Positions 9,054-18,223 are shown, numbered from the stretch's first letter. The stretch is 64,000 nucleotides of DNA from Gammaproteobacteria bacterium (GCA_018820395.1 JAHJOG010000032.1:15276-79275); one strand, 5' to 3'. The notes: generated by a model from the sequence alone, not told the origin. A program made the numbers and translations.

Positions 9054-10634
9054 GTGGTAGTGACGGGCGGAGAACAAGAACAGAAGAAGGGAGAAGGCAA
9101 AGGCTTCGCAGGCCTTTCCTCGCTCGTGTCCGACGTGGACACGACGCCGCCACCTGCCGCCAAAGTAGAACCTGCTGCCGCTGCGCCGGGTGCCGGACGT
9201 CCGGCCCCGCAGCCCGGACAGCCGCAGCCGAGCCAACGCCAAACGTATCAAGAGCCTGCGCAGCCGCCGTCCTCAGGCTCGTCCGGCGGCAAGTGGATGT
9301 TGGGCTTTGCCGCCGTCATCGGTGTGCTCTGGCTGATCGGCCAGTCGGACAAGAACACGACTTCTCCAGCTCAAGCCTACTCGCCTCCCGCGCAGACTGC
9401 GACGCCAAGTTACTCGCCGCCGCCCGCTGAACCGCTAGCGCCATCTCGCCCCCAGGAATCGATGCCACCTGTTGGGCAAAACCAGGTGCTTTCAACGGCG
9501 CAGATTCGCTATTGCTTGGCCGAAGAAATTCGTATGGATGGCGCGAAGTCGGCCATCAACAACTACATCGAGTCCGACGTGGATCGCTTCAACGCGATGG
9601 TAGCCGACTACAACAGTCGCTGCGGGAACTTCCGCTATCGCAGTGGCATGCTGGAAAATGCGCGGCGTGAGATCGAGCCGTATCGTAGCCAGTTTCAGTC
9701 CGAAGGCCGGAGCAGGTTCGTTCGTAGTCCATCCACTGGCTCGCTGTCGGCCCCTGCGCCGTCGCGGCCTGCTCCGGATGCGACCGTGCAAGCGATCCAA
9801 CGCAAACTCAACGAACTCGGTTACGAAGCTGGCACTGCCGATGGTTTGATGGGGCGAGGTACACGTTCAGCAATATTGGCCTTTCAGCGTGATAACGGCT
9901 TGGTGGCTGATGGCAATGCCAGGGCCGCACTGCTTCAACTCCTGACAGTGACCCGTCAAGTTGAGAGGCAAGGAGCGCAAGTACCTGCACCTTCGGTCAC
10001 GGTTGCGCCGCCTACGTACACACCTCCCGCCCGTGCTTCGTCGCGTCAGGAATCCACGAATCCGACCAGCGGCGGCATTCCCCAACACGCTCATCTGAAC
10101 TACCTCGGCAACGGATGGGAGTGCAATCGCGGTTACTACAGATCGGGCAATGAGTGCCAGCCTGTCCAGATGCCACGGTATGCAACGCTCGATGTCTACG
10201 GCTCGGGCTGGGTATGCCAGAGTGGGTATTTCAAGTCGGGCAATGAGTGCCAGCCTGTCCAAATGCCCCAGAACGCAACACTCGATGTCTATGGATCGGG
10301 CTGGGTATGTCAGCGCGGTTACTACAGATCCGCAAACGAGTGTTTACCCGTCCAGATGCCACGGTACGCAACGCTCGACGTCTATGGATCGGGCTGGGTT
10401 TGCCAACGTGGCTACTACAAGTCCGCCAACGAGTGTCTGCCCGTCCAAATGCCACCGAACGCAACGCTAGATGTCTATGGATCAGGCTGGGTTTGCCAGC
10501 GCGGTTTCTACAAATCGGTCAATCAGTGCCTACCCGTTCAGATACCCCAGAACGCAACATTAGACGTCTACGGGGCGGGTTGGGCGTGCATTCAAGGATA
10601 TGCCCGGGTCGGGGATAGCTGTGCAGCCAATTGA
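9054..10634 (+). CDS. Single-pass membrane protein with a peptidoglycan-binding domain and six C-terminal Cys-containing repeats
   Basis: GTG at 9054 or 9060, after AAGGAGAGG. Pro-rich N-terminus, TM segment 'WMLGFAAVIGVLWLIG', and PG_binding_1-like 'VQAIQRKLNELGYEAGTADGLMGRGTRSAILAFQRDNGLVADGNA'. Then six copies of a ~31-aa 'ATLDVYGSGWVCQRGYYRSANECLPVQMPxN' repeat. Confidence 0.8.
   Translation: MVVTGGEQEQKKGEGKGFAGLSSLVSDVDTTPPPAAKVEPAAAAPGAGRPAPQPGQPQPSQRQTYQEPAQPPSSGSSGGKWMLGFAAVIGVLWLIGQSDKNTTSPAQAYSPPAQTATPSYSPPPAEPLAPSRPQESMPPVGQNQVLSTAQIRYCLAEEIRMDGAKSAINNYIESDVDRFNAMVADYNSRCGNFRYRSGMLENARREIEPYRSQFQSEGRSRFVRSPSTGSLSAPAPSRPAPDATVQAIQRKLNELGYEAGTADGLMGRGTRSAILAFQRDNGLVADGNARAALLQLLTVTRQVERQGAQVPAPSVTVAPPTYTPPARASSRQESTNPTSGGIPQHAHLNYLGNGWECNRGYYRSGNECQPVQMPRYATLDVYGSGWVCQSGYFKSGNECQPVQMPQNATLDVYGSGWVCQRGYYRSANECLPVQMPRYATLDVYGSGWVCQRGYYKSANECLPVQMPPNATLDVYGSGWVCQRGFYKSVNQCLPVQIPQNATLDVYGAGWACIQGYARVGDSCAAN
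10089..10631 (+). repeat. Coding tandem repeat, 93-nt period, six copies (first degenerate, last truncated)
   Basis: Repeat units start at 10089, 10182, 10275, 10368, 10461 and 10554. Each encodes GW-C-x2-GY-x5-6-C. Copies differ mostly at synonymous positions (acg/aca, tac/tat, ggc/gga, tgc/tgt, cag/caa, ctc/cta/tta). Confidence 0.9.
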
Positions 10635-10658
10635 GCTGTTCGAACTCTGGAGATTGAA

Positions 10659-11057
10659 ATGGGATTGTTAGATTTTTTCGGAAAGAAGAAGAAAGAAGAC
10701 CAGGAAGCTGCCGAACTGATGAAGGCACTCATTCAGTATCAGGTGGAATCCAGAAAGGATGGCGTCGATACCGACGACATCCCAAAAGGCTACGGTCCAT
10801 ACGGGCTTTGCAAAACGAATCCCGTTCCGACTCGCGGCATTCCCGGCTCCAACGAATACCTTTCTCGGCTTCGCACGAAAGATGGGCGCTCCATTGAAAG
10901 TTCGCGCATTGGTTCCACGAGTGCGGAAGACGTTACCAGTGGAGCAATCGACATGTACTGCATCACCAGCGGAGACGTGAGTTTTGGCACGGTTTACTTG
11001 TGTCCCTATCACAAGAGGAACTCAGGGAAGGCTCCTGAAGGTTTTCGCTTGCTATAA
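10659..11057 (+). CDS. Hypothetical 132-aa protein
   Basis: GGAG lies 7 nt upstream of the ATG. Locally lower GC. 'GYGPYGLCKTNPVPTRGIPGSNEYLSRL...IDMYCITSGD...YLCPYHKRNS'. No domain recognised. Confidence 0.5.
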   Translation: MGLLDFFGKKKKEDQEAAELMKALIQYQVESRKDGVDTDDIPKGYGPYGLCKTNPVPTRGIPGSNEYLSRLRTKDGRSIESSRIGSTSAEDVTSGAIDMYCITSGDVSFGTVYLCPYHKRNSGKAPEGFRLL

Positions 11058-11103
11058 GGCGTGATCATTTGAATCGTATGGCAAGGGCTTGAGGCGCAGC
11101 GAA

Positions 11104-13107
11104 ATGACCATCGCATATTGCTTTTCATGTGGCGCACAAAAGGCCTCGTCAGTAGTGTCGTGCGGGTCGTGCAGAAAATCGCCCGCAACGGAAGCCGACC
11201 TGGTGAAGTCGCTGATCTTGTCAGATGACTTTTCGACACAGGGACAGCTCGCCCACTTCGCCAACGAGGTTCGTTCAAATCACTGCCTCACCGCGCCGGA
11301 CAGTTTGGTAGCAAAGGCGCGGGAGGCAGCGCGCGCCCCCAAGTATCAACGAGTATTGACGGCCACTCAGCCGCCTAGGGCCGCGCCACAGAGCGCAGCA
11401 TCGCCAGTCGAGCATTCCCGAGTTGTCTCTGCATCACCACCGATTCTGCGCATACCGGCTCCCCGCCTCACCACAACCGTGCTGCATCAGTCGCCGTTCT
11501 CGGTCTTGGGCGTGACGACCCGCGACAACCGCAAGCGCATCGTCGAGTTAGCGGAGGAGAAGTCGTTGGAATTGGATCACGATGTTTGCCAGAAAGCACG
11601 TTCCGACCTGACCAACCCGCGCACCCGCTTGGGCGTGGAGATCGCGTGGCTTCCCGGAGTCTCGCCGCGCAAGGCGAGCCAGTTGGTAGAGAACTTGGTT
11701 AGCGACCCGATGGCGATACGCAAAGAGTCTGGCCTGCCCGCGCTCGCGCACCTGAATCTGCTGGCGTCGGCGTTCGAAGCCGTGGATGGAACGCACGATG
11801 CAGACGACTTGACTGGGTTCATTATGGAGGCCGCCTACCTCGCCGAAGAGCTAACGCCGGAGGAGGTGCTGCGCGACATCAACGAGGATCGCGCCGTATC
11901 CGGCTTTCCGGAAGTGCGTGCGCTCGATCAGATCGAATCTGAGCTGACCGAGCGCAAGCGGTTCTACCGTGGTGCCATCAAGGATGCGCTCGACAGGCTG
12001 CCGCCGATGACGCTCATCCAAGTAATGACCGAAACCGTGGATGGCGTGACATCCGGCGGCGAGAATCATGCGCCGGGACTGATCGATGACCTCGTCGACA
12101 GCTATGAGGTAGAGACTCAGAGCATCCTGCAAAAGGAGGCCGAGAACGTCTACAAGCTCATCAAGGCGGCAAGAGACCATACGGTCTCCGGCGAAACTGC
12201 CATCAAGCCCTATGTGGATAAACTTGATGCGGTGGCGCGCAACTGGGACAAGATCGCCCAGCCGATTCAACTAAGTACGAAAGCACGCGGTATAGACCAC
12301 GAAGCGAGCCGTAACTTAGCCTACGAGATTCGTAGCCTTGCCATCGACCTGTTCAACAAGCACGACATGCTTGTCCAGTCGCAGCGCTTGACCAAACTGA
12401 TTCAGGAGATCTTTTCTGAAGTGCCGGAAATTGCGGCTCGCGCCGAGCAGGACGCGGACGCACTCGCGGACATTCTCCAACAACGCAAGCGGGCCGCTTC
12501 GCGCGAAGTCGAATGGGCGCGCGAAATCAGTTACCACGCCGAGATTGGGGTGATGTTCAAGGATCCCTTGAGCATTTCCCCAGATGGCGTTTCGTGGAAG
12601 GGCCAGAACTTTCCGCTCGACTCGATCACGCGCGTTCGCTGGGGAGGCACTAGTCATTCTATCAATGGCATCCCTACGGGGACGACCTACACGATTGCGT
12701 TTGGCAACCGGAATTCTGAAGCGCTTGTGGAACTAAAGAAGAAGGACGTGTACAACACGTTCACTGAGAAGCTCTGGCGCGCAGTCTGCGTTCGCTTGCT
12801 CACTGAAATGCTCGAAGCCTTGAGGGATGGGCGCGACCTGCACTTCGGCGATGCACTGCTGCACGACGATGGCATCACGCTCGTGCGGCGCAAGTTCCTC
12901 GGTTCAAACGAAAATGTGCGCTGCTCGTGGGGCCAAGTCCATGTTTGGAGCGCCGATGGTTCATTCTGCATCGGAGACAGGGAGGACAAGAAGGTCAACG
13001 CCGCTATTTCCTATATTCACGGGGCGAACACCCATGTTCTCGAACAAGCCATTCGCATGGGCTTCAAGAAGCCGGGAATGCGCCGTTTGAGCGAAATACT
13101 AAATTGA
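11104..13107 (+). CDS. Zn-ribbon protein with a degenerate J-domain-like segment (candidate co-chaperone)
   Basis: ATG at 11104 (the ORF is open from TTG 11089). N-terminal 'CFSCGAQKASSVVSCGSC' is a Zn ribbon. 'SPFSVLGVTTRDNRKRIVELAEEKSLELDHDVCQKARSDLTNPRTRL' aligns to J-domain helices I-III, with DHD where HPD is expected. The remaining ~450 aa are unrecognised. Confidence 0.75.
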   Translation: MTIAYCFSCGAQKASSVVSCGSCRKSPATEADLVKSLILSDDFSTQGQLAHFANEVRSNHCLTAPDSLVAKAREAARAPKYQRVLTATQPPRAAPQSAASPVEHSRVVSASPPILRIPAPRLTTTVLHQSPFSVLGVTTRDNRKRIVELAEEKSLELDHDVCQKARSDLTNPRTRLGVEIAWLPGVSPRKASQLVENLVSDPMAIRKESGLPALAHLNLLASAFEAVDGTHDADDLTGFIMEAAYLAEELTPEEVLRDINEDRAVSGFPEVRALDQIESELTERKRFYRGAIKDALDRLPPMTLIQVMTETVDGVTSGGENHAPGLIDDLVDSYEVETQSILQKEAENVYKLIKAARDHTVSGETAIKPYVDKLDAVARNWDKIAQPIQLSTKARGIDHEASRNLAYEIRSLAIDLFNKHDMLVQSQRLTKLIQEIFSEVPEIAARAEQDADALADILQQRKRAASREVEWAREISYHAEIGVMFKDPLSISPDGVSWKGQNFPLDSITRVRWGGTSHSINGIPTGTTYTIAFGNRNSEALVELKKKDVYNTFTEKLWRAVCVRLLTEMLEALRDGRDLHFGDALLHDDGITLVRRKFLGSNENVRCSWGQVHVWSADGSFCIGDREDKKVNAAISYIHGANTHVLEQAIRMGFKKPGMRRLSEILN

Positions 13108-13491
13108 TCTTCTGGTTTCAAAGCCGAGCAATTCGCATCGGGGCATCTCATCGAGCAGCTAAGACCTTGCTGGCAGCAACATCGTCGCGGCGTTGATGCA
13201 CTTTCAGGCAGCGCCTGCTCTGGCCGACAAACACAAGGTGAGCCGTTATCGAGCATCGATTGCAACGAGTGGCGCTAAGCGACGGATGCGCGCTGCTCGT
13301 CGTCACGCAGACCCTGAGAAAGGATGTTTTGTGCTCGCGGCCGTCGCGAAGAGCATTGCGGCAGTGCCGCCGCTCAAGCGCTGGCTCGCCTGGACGGCCG
13401 CGTGGGCATCCTGGTTAGGACATCGTTGAGGTATACGACGGCGCGGCCAAGCGCCAACGCAACCGCTATATAGAACATCAAGAGGAAACCT

Positions 13492-15768
13492 GTGACTGAT
13501 AACGTTGAGAGCCCATCAAGTCTTCAGACCCTGTCGTCGGAAGTCTTGGCTGGCGAAGCGGCAAGCCCCAATGCGATTGGCTGGTATCGTGCAACTGAGG
13601 ACTTCTTGCAGTTCGTCCAGGGCAACATTCCGGGCAGGTTGGACGATACCGAATTCCTTGACCGGCTATTCAATGACGAATCCATCTCGTCAACGGGTCA
13701 AGGACGCATCAAGCTGCATCCGGCGCTCAGTGATGCCGCATTCCGGGCCTGGTTTGCCGAGCAGGTCCGCAATCCACTTCCGGCGGAGATGGACGAAGCG
13801 ACGGTCGCGTTGCGAGAGTTTCATGACGAGCTTGCTTCCAGGCTGCGAGCGTTGTGTGGAAAAACCCCATGGCTCAAGCTCCGGCGAGCGCTTTGCGCGT
13901 TGTATCCGTCCAAGTTCACGTCCATAGTGAACAACGAAAGCGCCCTCTTCGACCTCTACAGCAAGATCACGGGTGCGCATGCTAGCCATTTCGTTCCCGC
14001 CAGCATTGCGATTCGCGGCGCCGTCGATGCCGTGCTGCCTAGCTATCACGCGAAGGACCTCTACGAGGTCGCTCGCCGGATCAACCTGCCATGGATGCTG
14101 CTGCAACACGCGATCAAAGAGACAGAGAGGTCAGCGCAGCCAGTCGCTGCCGAGGCGCTCCCGCAGCAGACAACCAGCACCCAGGTCTTGGTGCCAATTC
14201 AAGCCACATTGCGCCGAAAGGGGCTGACCGGGATGGGCGGAGGATTCGCGGCGCTCCTGGACATCGTCGATGACCTCAAAGATGGATTGAGCCGGATTGA
14301 GCTTGAAGCGCGAGTCCGCGAGGCCAATCCCCGGCTGGGGGACCTCGCAGTCGGTACTACCATCAACGTCATTGCTCGCGAGTTCGATCTTTGCGCACGC
14401 GAGGGCGACGTTTACCGACTAAGCGGCAGGGGCTCGGCGCTGCGCGAGTCCCGAGATCCTGACGTCCTTGCAGACCACCTACTTACCAAGGTGCTGGGCT
14501 TCGACAATGTTCTGAAGCTGCTTGAAGAAGGAGCGCAGGACAGCCAAGCATTGATCAGCTTTCTGAAAGAGGTCAACCCAGGCTGGACTTCCAATTTTGC
14601 GCCAACTTCCCAACTCGGATGGCTGCGAGAGCTTGGCTTGGTGAACTACGAGAGCCGCCAGTATTCGCTCACCGACCGAGGTCATAGGTGGGCCGAGATG
14701 GTGACGTGGGTTCCGGCAAAGCTGCCACCGGTAGCCGGCACTGGCCCCATAGAGGACTTTCCTGAGCAGACTCCTGAAGCACTGAGCTTGCCAAGCTTTG
14801 CAGATGTGGCAGATCGACTGATGCGCGCGATCGAAGGCCAGTACGCCTTCGACCCGAAGTTGATCGTCCAGCTTCACACCGGTCTTTGGTTCCACCCGAC
14901 GCGGCACTTCGTCGTCTTGACCGGCATCTCTGGATCCGGCAAAACCCAGCTCGCTTTGCAATATGCACGGGCGCTCACGCACTCCGAAGGGTTGGACTCA
15001 CCCTTCGTCGAAGTGATTCCGGTGCAGCCAGGTTGGCACGACCCGAGCCCGATGCTCGGGTACGTCAATCCATTGCAGGATGCCTCGTACCGGAGCGCCC
15101 CGTTCCTAGAACTCGTACTCCGCGCCGCCGCCGACCCTGGTCGCGCCTATGTTGCGATCCTCGATGAGATGAACCTCTCGCATCCGGAGCAATACTTCGC
15201 ACCGGTGTTATCTGCGATGGAATCCCGCGTTGCCTTGAAACTGCATCAGATGGATTCATCAGTGCCTGTTCCGCCAATGGTCCCCTATCCTTCCAATCTG
15301 GCGATCATCGGAACGTTGAACATGGACGAGACCACCCACGGCCTCTCCGACAAAGTCCTGGATCGCGCTTTCACATTGGAGTTCTGGAATATCGATGTCG
15401 ACGCCCACCCTGCGTGGGCAAACGTGCCGATGCCGCAAGAGCTGAAGATCAAGGCCCGAGCAGTGCTGAACGGGCTTGAGGTGGCACTAAGCCCGTGCCG
15501 TCTGCATTTCGGGATGCGGACTGTGGACGACGTGCTGGGCTATTTGAGTTTTCAGGCGCACCCGTCCGATGCTGCGTCGAGCGCGCTGGATGACGTGGTC
15601 TACGCGAAGGTATTGCCCAAGCTCCGTGGGGAGGCCACACCCCGGTTTCAGGAAGCACTCAAAGCAGTGCTCGACGTACTTGAAACCCACGGGCTTGCCA
15701 GGTGCACCGAGAAGGTGAAGGCCATGCGAGAGGACCTGAAGTCCGGATCGGCGCGATTCTGGCGCTAG
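13492..15768 (+). CDS. McrB-like AAA_5 (GTPase-type) ATPase with an N-terminal region containing wHTH-like repeats
   Basis: GTG start preceded by AGAGGAA. 'VVLTGISGSGKTQLALQYA', 'YVAILDEMNLSHPEQYFAPVLSAME' and 'LAIIGTLNMDETTHGLSDKVLDRAF' are the McrB/AAA_5 signature. Confidence 0.85.
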   Translation: MTDNVESPSSLQTLSSEVLAGEAASPNAIGWYRATEDFLQFVQGNIPGRLDDTEFLDRLFNDESISSTGQGRIKLHPALSDAAFRAWFAEQVRNPLPAEMDEATVALREFHDELASRLRALCGKTPWLKLRRALCALYPSKFTSIVNNESALFDLYSKITGAHASHFVPASIAIRGAVDAVLPSYHAKDLYEVARRINLPWMLLQHAIKETERSAQPVAAEALPQQTTSTQVLVPIQATLRRKGLTGMGGGFAALLDIVDDLKDGLSRIELEARVREANPRLGDLAVGTTINVIAREFDLCAREGDVYRLSGRGSALRESRDPDVLADHLLTKVLGFDNVLKLLEEGAQDSQALISFLKEVNPGWTSNFAPTSQLGWLRELGLVNYESRQYSLTDRGHRWAEMVTWVPAKLPPVAGTGPIEDFPEQTPEALSLPSFADVADRLMRAIEGQYAFDPKLIVQLHTGLWFHPTRHFVVLTGISGSGKTQLALQYARALTHSEGLDSPFVEVIPVQPGWHDPSPMLGYVNPLQDASYRSAPFLELVLRAAADPGRAYVAILDEMNLSHPEQYFAPVLSAMESRVALKLHQMDSSVPVPPMVPYPSNLAIIGTLNMDETTHGLSDKVLDRAFTLEFWNIDVDAHPAWANVPMPQELKIKARAVLNGLEVALSPCRLHFGMRTVDDVLGYLSFQAHPSDAASSALDDVVYAKVLPKLRGEATPRFQEALKAVLDVLETHGLARCTEKVKAMREDLKSGSARFWR

Positions 15769-15773
15769 GCCCA

Positions 15774-17330
15774 ATGCTTCGCATACGTCACGCGCTTGCG
15801 TCAAATTCATCCGCTTGGACGCAGGTGGAGGTTGGGTCGATCGCATCCGATCTCCACGAAGATTCAGACTACACAATCGAGTTGACAGCTCAATCGAACG
15901 CACGCCTGTTTATTGACGACGTTGAGTTTGCTTTCTCTCATGACGGGCTGTGCAGATGGAGACCATCCTTCTACGCCGGTCGTGTCAGCGTACACGCGGT
16001 TTACAACGGCTTGGGACAGGTATGTTGGTTCGACGTCAGCCCGAGCGCGTCAAAGTCGGGTGACGAGCACTTCGGCGAAATGGTGGAGCGCATTCGCGCC
16101 TTCGACCAAGCGTTGCTGAGGGGTCTGTCGTCGGCGACCATGGCGTTCGGGCGGGATGGACAGCATGGACTGTTCGCCAACGACGTATTGTTGACGCGAA
16201 TCCGATCGCATGGCCCAGCCTTTCTGGAGGCACTCGCCTCTTTGAGCGCATCGCCGCACAGCGCTCTCTCATCAGAACGACGCCCCATGCCTCTTGTACG
16301 CATGAAGAGTTTTCATCCCACTACGCTTCAGGATCGCCGGCTTGTTGCGCTCATTGCTGGCATCGGGTCAGCTCGAGAGAAGTTGGACACTATTCAGTTG
16401 TACAGTCGCGAATCTCAGCCGACTGTCGACACGCCCGTTAACCGGGCACTCTTGGCGCTGGCGAAGCGATTTCGGGCGACAGTCGCCCAACTTCGAGAGT
16501 CCGTTGAGGCCCTGCAACTAGGCGGACCGAAGGAAGATCAGCTCCCACGCGTTGAAAGACGACTTGCGGTTCTCGTGGAGCTGGAAGACGGCGTTTCCAA
16601 AATCATCCGTGCTGACCCATTCCGGCGCATAGCACGTGCGGAAACGAGCGCGACTGGACTGGCACAGATTGCGGCGCATCCCCGCTACAGTCGCCCCTAT
16701 CGATTAGGTGCACACGCAATGATGACCGGCGTGGAGGGAGACGAAGCGCCCGACGACCTGCACGTCAACCATGCATGGGGGATATACGAAACCTGGTGCT
16801 ATGTCGAGGTGTTGCGCGCTTTGGAGGACGTTCTCGGCATTCACTTGGCTCCCATCAAGTTCCCGGCGGTCACGGCTCAACTGGCATTTGGGGCATTGCT
16901 GCACGATGGTCGTTCCGTGGAAGCACTCTTTCAGGCCGAATTTCCCTCCGGTGCTCGTAGGACGGCTGCTGACGGCCTCGCTTGGAGCGTCTCGCGCGAG
17001 CGGCGTCCAGATGTTGTTTTAATCTTAAGCGACGGAGCTGGGACGAGCACGCTGATCTTCGACGCGAAATGGCGAAGCGGCAGGCAAAACGTTCTGGATG
17101 CGATGCAAAGCGCGCACATCTACCGAGATTCACTGAGGCTAGGTGCTACGCGCATCGCTGGATGCATGCTGCTGTTGCCGGCGGAGACGGAGTGCAACTG
17201 GCTGGAGGCGCAGGACTTCTTCCGAGAACATCACGTAGGAGCCATTGCTGATTTCAACGTCGACGGAGGCGGATGCGAAACCATGCGCCACGTACTGCGT
17301 GACTGGTCAGCCGCACCTGCAGCCCGCTGA
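15774..17330 (+). CDS. DUF2357/McrC-like PD-(D/E)xK nuclease partner of the McrB-like ATPase
   Basis: ATG at 15774, 5 nt after the upstream stop. The C-terminal 'RPDVVLILSDGAGTSTLIFDAKWRSG' fits a D...(D/E)xK restriction-endonuclease core. Size and position match McrC/DUF2357 partners. Confidence 0.7.
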   Translation: MLRIRHALASNSSAWTQVEVGSIASDLHEDSDYTIELTAQSNARLFIDDVEFAFSHDGLCRWRPSFYAGRVSVHAVYNGLGQVCWFDVSPSASKSGDEHFGEMVERIRAFDQALLRGLSSATMAFGRDGQHGLFANDVLLTRIRSHGPAFLEALASLSASPHSALSSERRPMPLVRMKSFHPTTLQDRRLVALIAGIGSAREKLDTIQLYSRESQPTVDTPVNRALLALAKRFRATVAQLRESVEALQLGGPKEDQLPRVERRLAVLVELEDGVSKIIRADPFRRIARAETSATGLAQIAAHPRYSRPYRLGAHAMMTGVEGDEAPDDLHVNHAWGIYETWCYVEVLRALEDVLGIHLAPIKFPAVTAQLAFGALLHDGRSVEALFQAEFPSGARRTAADGLAWSVSRERRPDVVLILSDGAGTSTLIFDAKWRSGRQNVLDAMQSAHIYRDSLRLGATRIAGCMLLLPAETECNWLEAQDFFREHHVGAIADFNVDGGGCETMRHVLRDWSAAPAAR

Positions 17331-17355
17331 TCGACAAGCCAAATAGGAGTCGCCG

Positions 17356-17892
17356 TTGGCCACGACTGAAACTCATCGATTCGCCGTGCTCATCGACGCA
17401 GATAACGCGTCATCGTCCGTCGTGAAGGAGGTACTCGAAGAGGTCGCCAAGTACGGGACGGCCACCGTCAAGCGCGCTTATGGGGACTGGACCACACAGA
17501 ACCTTGTCGGTTGGAAGGCTCATCTGCATCGACATGCGATCCAACCGATTCAGCAATTTGCGTACACACAAGGCAAGACCTCAACCGATTCGGCGTTCAT
17601 CATCGATGCCATGGACTTGCTCTATGCGGGACATGTCGATGGATTCTTCAGACGAACAGACGAGTGGACTGCGCGTCAAGACGTCAAGACACCACGACGC
17701 CGAGGGGATTTGCCGGCGGAAGGTAAGAAACGCTGGCCTGTCCGTGGTGAAGCCCGTCGTCGCGAAGGATTCCGTGACAGCAGTCGATCGCGGGGTCGTT
17801 CAGGGCCTTTTACATTTTTGAATTGTCAAGCTCGCGCACCTCGAGGTAGCTTTCGCCCGAAAGCAGTCGTGAGGTTGCGGGCCCCAGGGTGA
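17356..17892 (+). pseudogene. NYN (LabA-like) domain gene, decayed after ~95 aa
   Basis: 'RFAVLIDADNASSSVVKEVLEEVAKYGTATVKRAYGDWT...HAIQPIQQFAYTQGKTSTDSAFIIDAMDLLYAGHVDGF' is a good NYN N-half. The expected 'SSDSDF..LA' continues only in another frame ('DSSDEQTSGLRVK'). The rest of the annotated frame is Arg-rich nonsense. TTG start. Confidence 0.55.
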
Positions 17893-17893
17893 C

Positions 17894-18223
17894 CTAGTCG
17901 GCGCCGTCGCCTAGCAAGACGCACACCGCATTGGGACCATTGTTCGAAATCGTCATCTTGATCGTCTCGAACATTCCACCTTGCGACTCGAAGTCCTCTT
18001 TGCGGCGCAGAACTGCCTCCAGCGGGCGACGCAGCGCGTGAACCGCCTTGCGGGGGAATTTACCGATCTGATCGCGCACCTCCGGGTAGTCCCCGACCAC
18101 AACCACGCCCCCATCCACCGTCGGCAGTTCGTAGTCCGACCCACCCTGCAACACCTCGGCCCAGGCCCCGTCGGGCGTCGCTATGACCTCGTCGCTGCCG
18201 GAGTTCTGGATTGAGAGGTTCAT
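17894..18223 (-). CDS. Hypothetical ~109-aa protein
   Basis: ATG at 18223 ('MNLSIQNSGSDEVIATPDG...'), inside the longer 17894..18286 ORF. Convergent with the NYN remnant. No domain recognised. Confidence 0.4.
   Translation of the reverse strand: MNLSIQNSGSDEVIATPDGAWAEVLQGGSDYELPTVDGGVVVVGDYPEVRDQIGKFPRKAVHALRRPLEAVLRRKEDFESQGGMFETIKMTISNNGPNAVCVLLGDGAD

Noticed and set aside
10089-10631. Possibility that the regular 93-nt repeats are a CRISPR-like or satellite array
   Set aside because: The repeats are contiguous with no spacers, in frame within a long ORF, and they conserve a Cys/Gly/Trp protein motif, so this is a coding tandem repeat. No CRISPR-like repeat-spacer structure was seen elsewhere.
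17480-17821. 113-aa alternative-frame ORF within the NYN region
   Set aside because: It is interpreted as the displaced continuation of the decayed NYN gene ('DSSDEQTSGLRVK'), not an independent gene.
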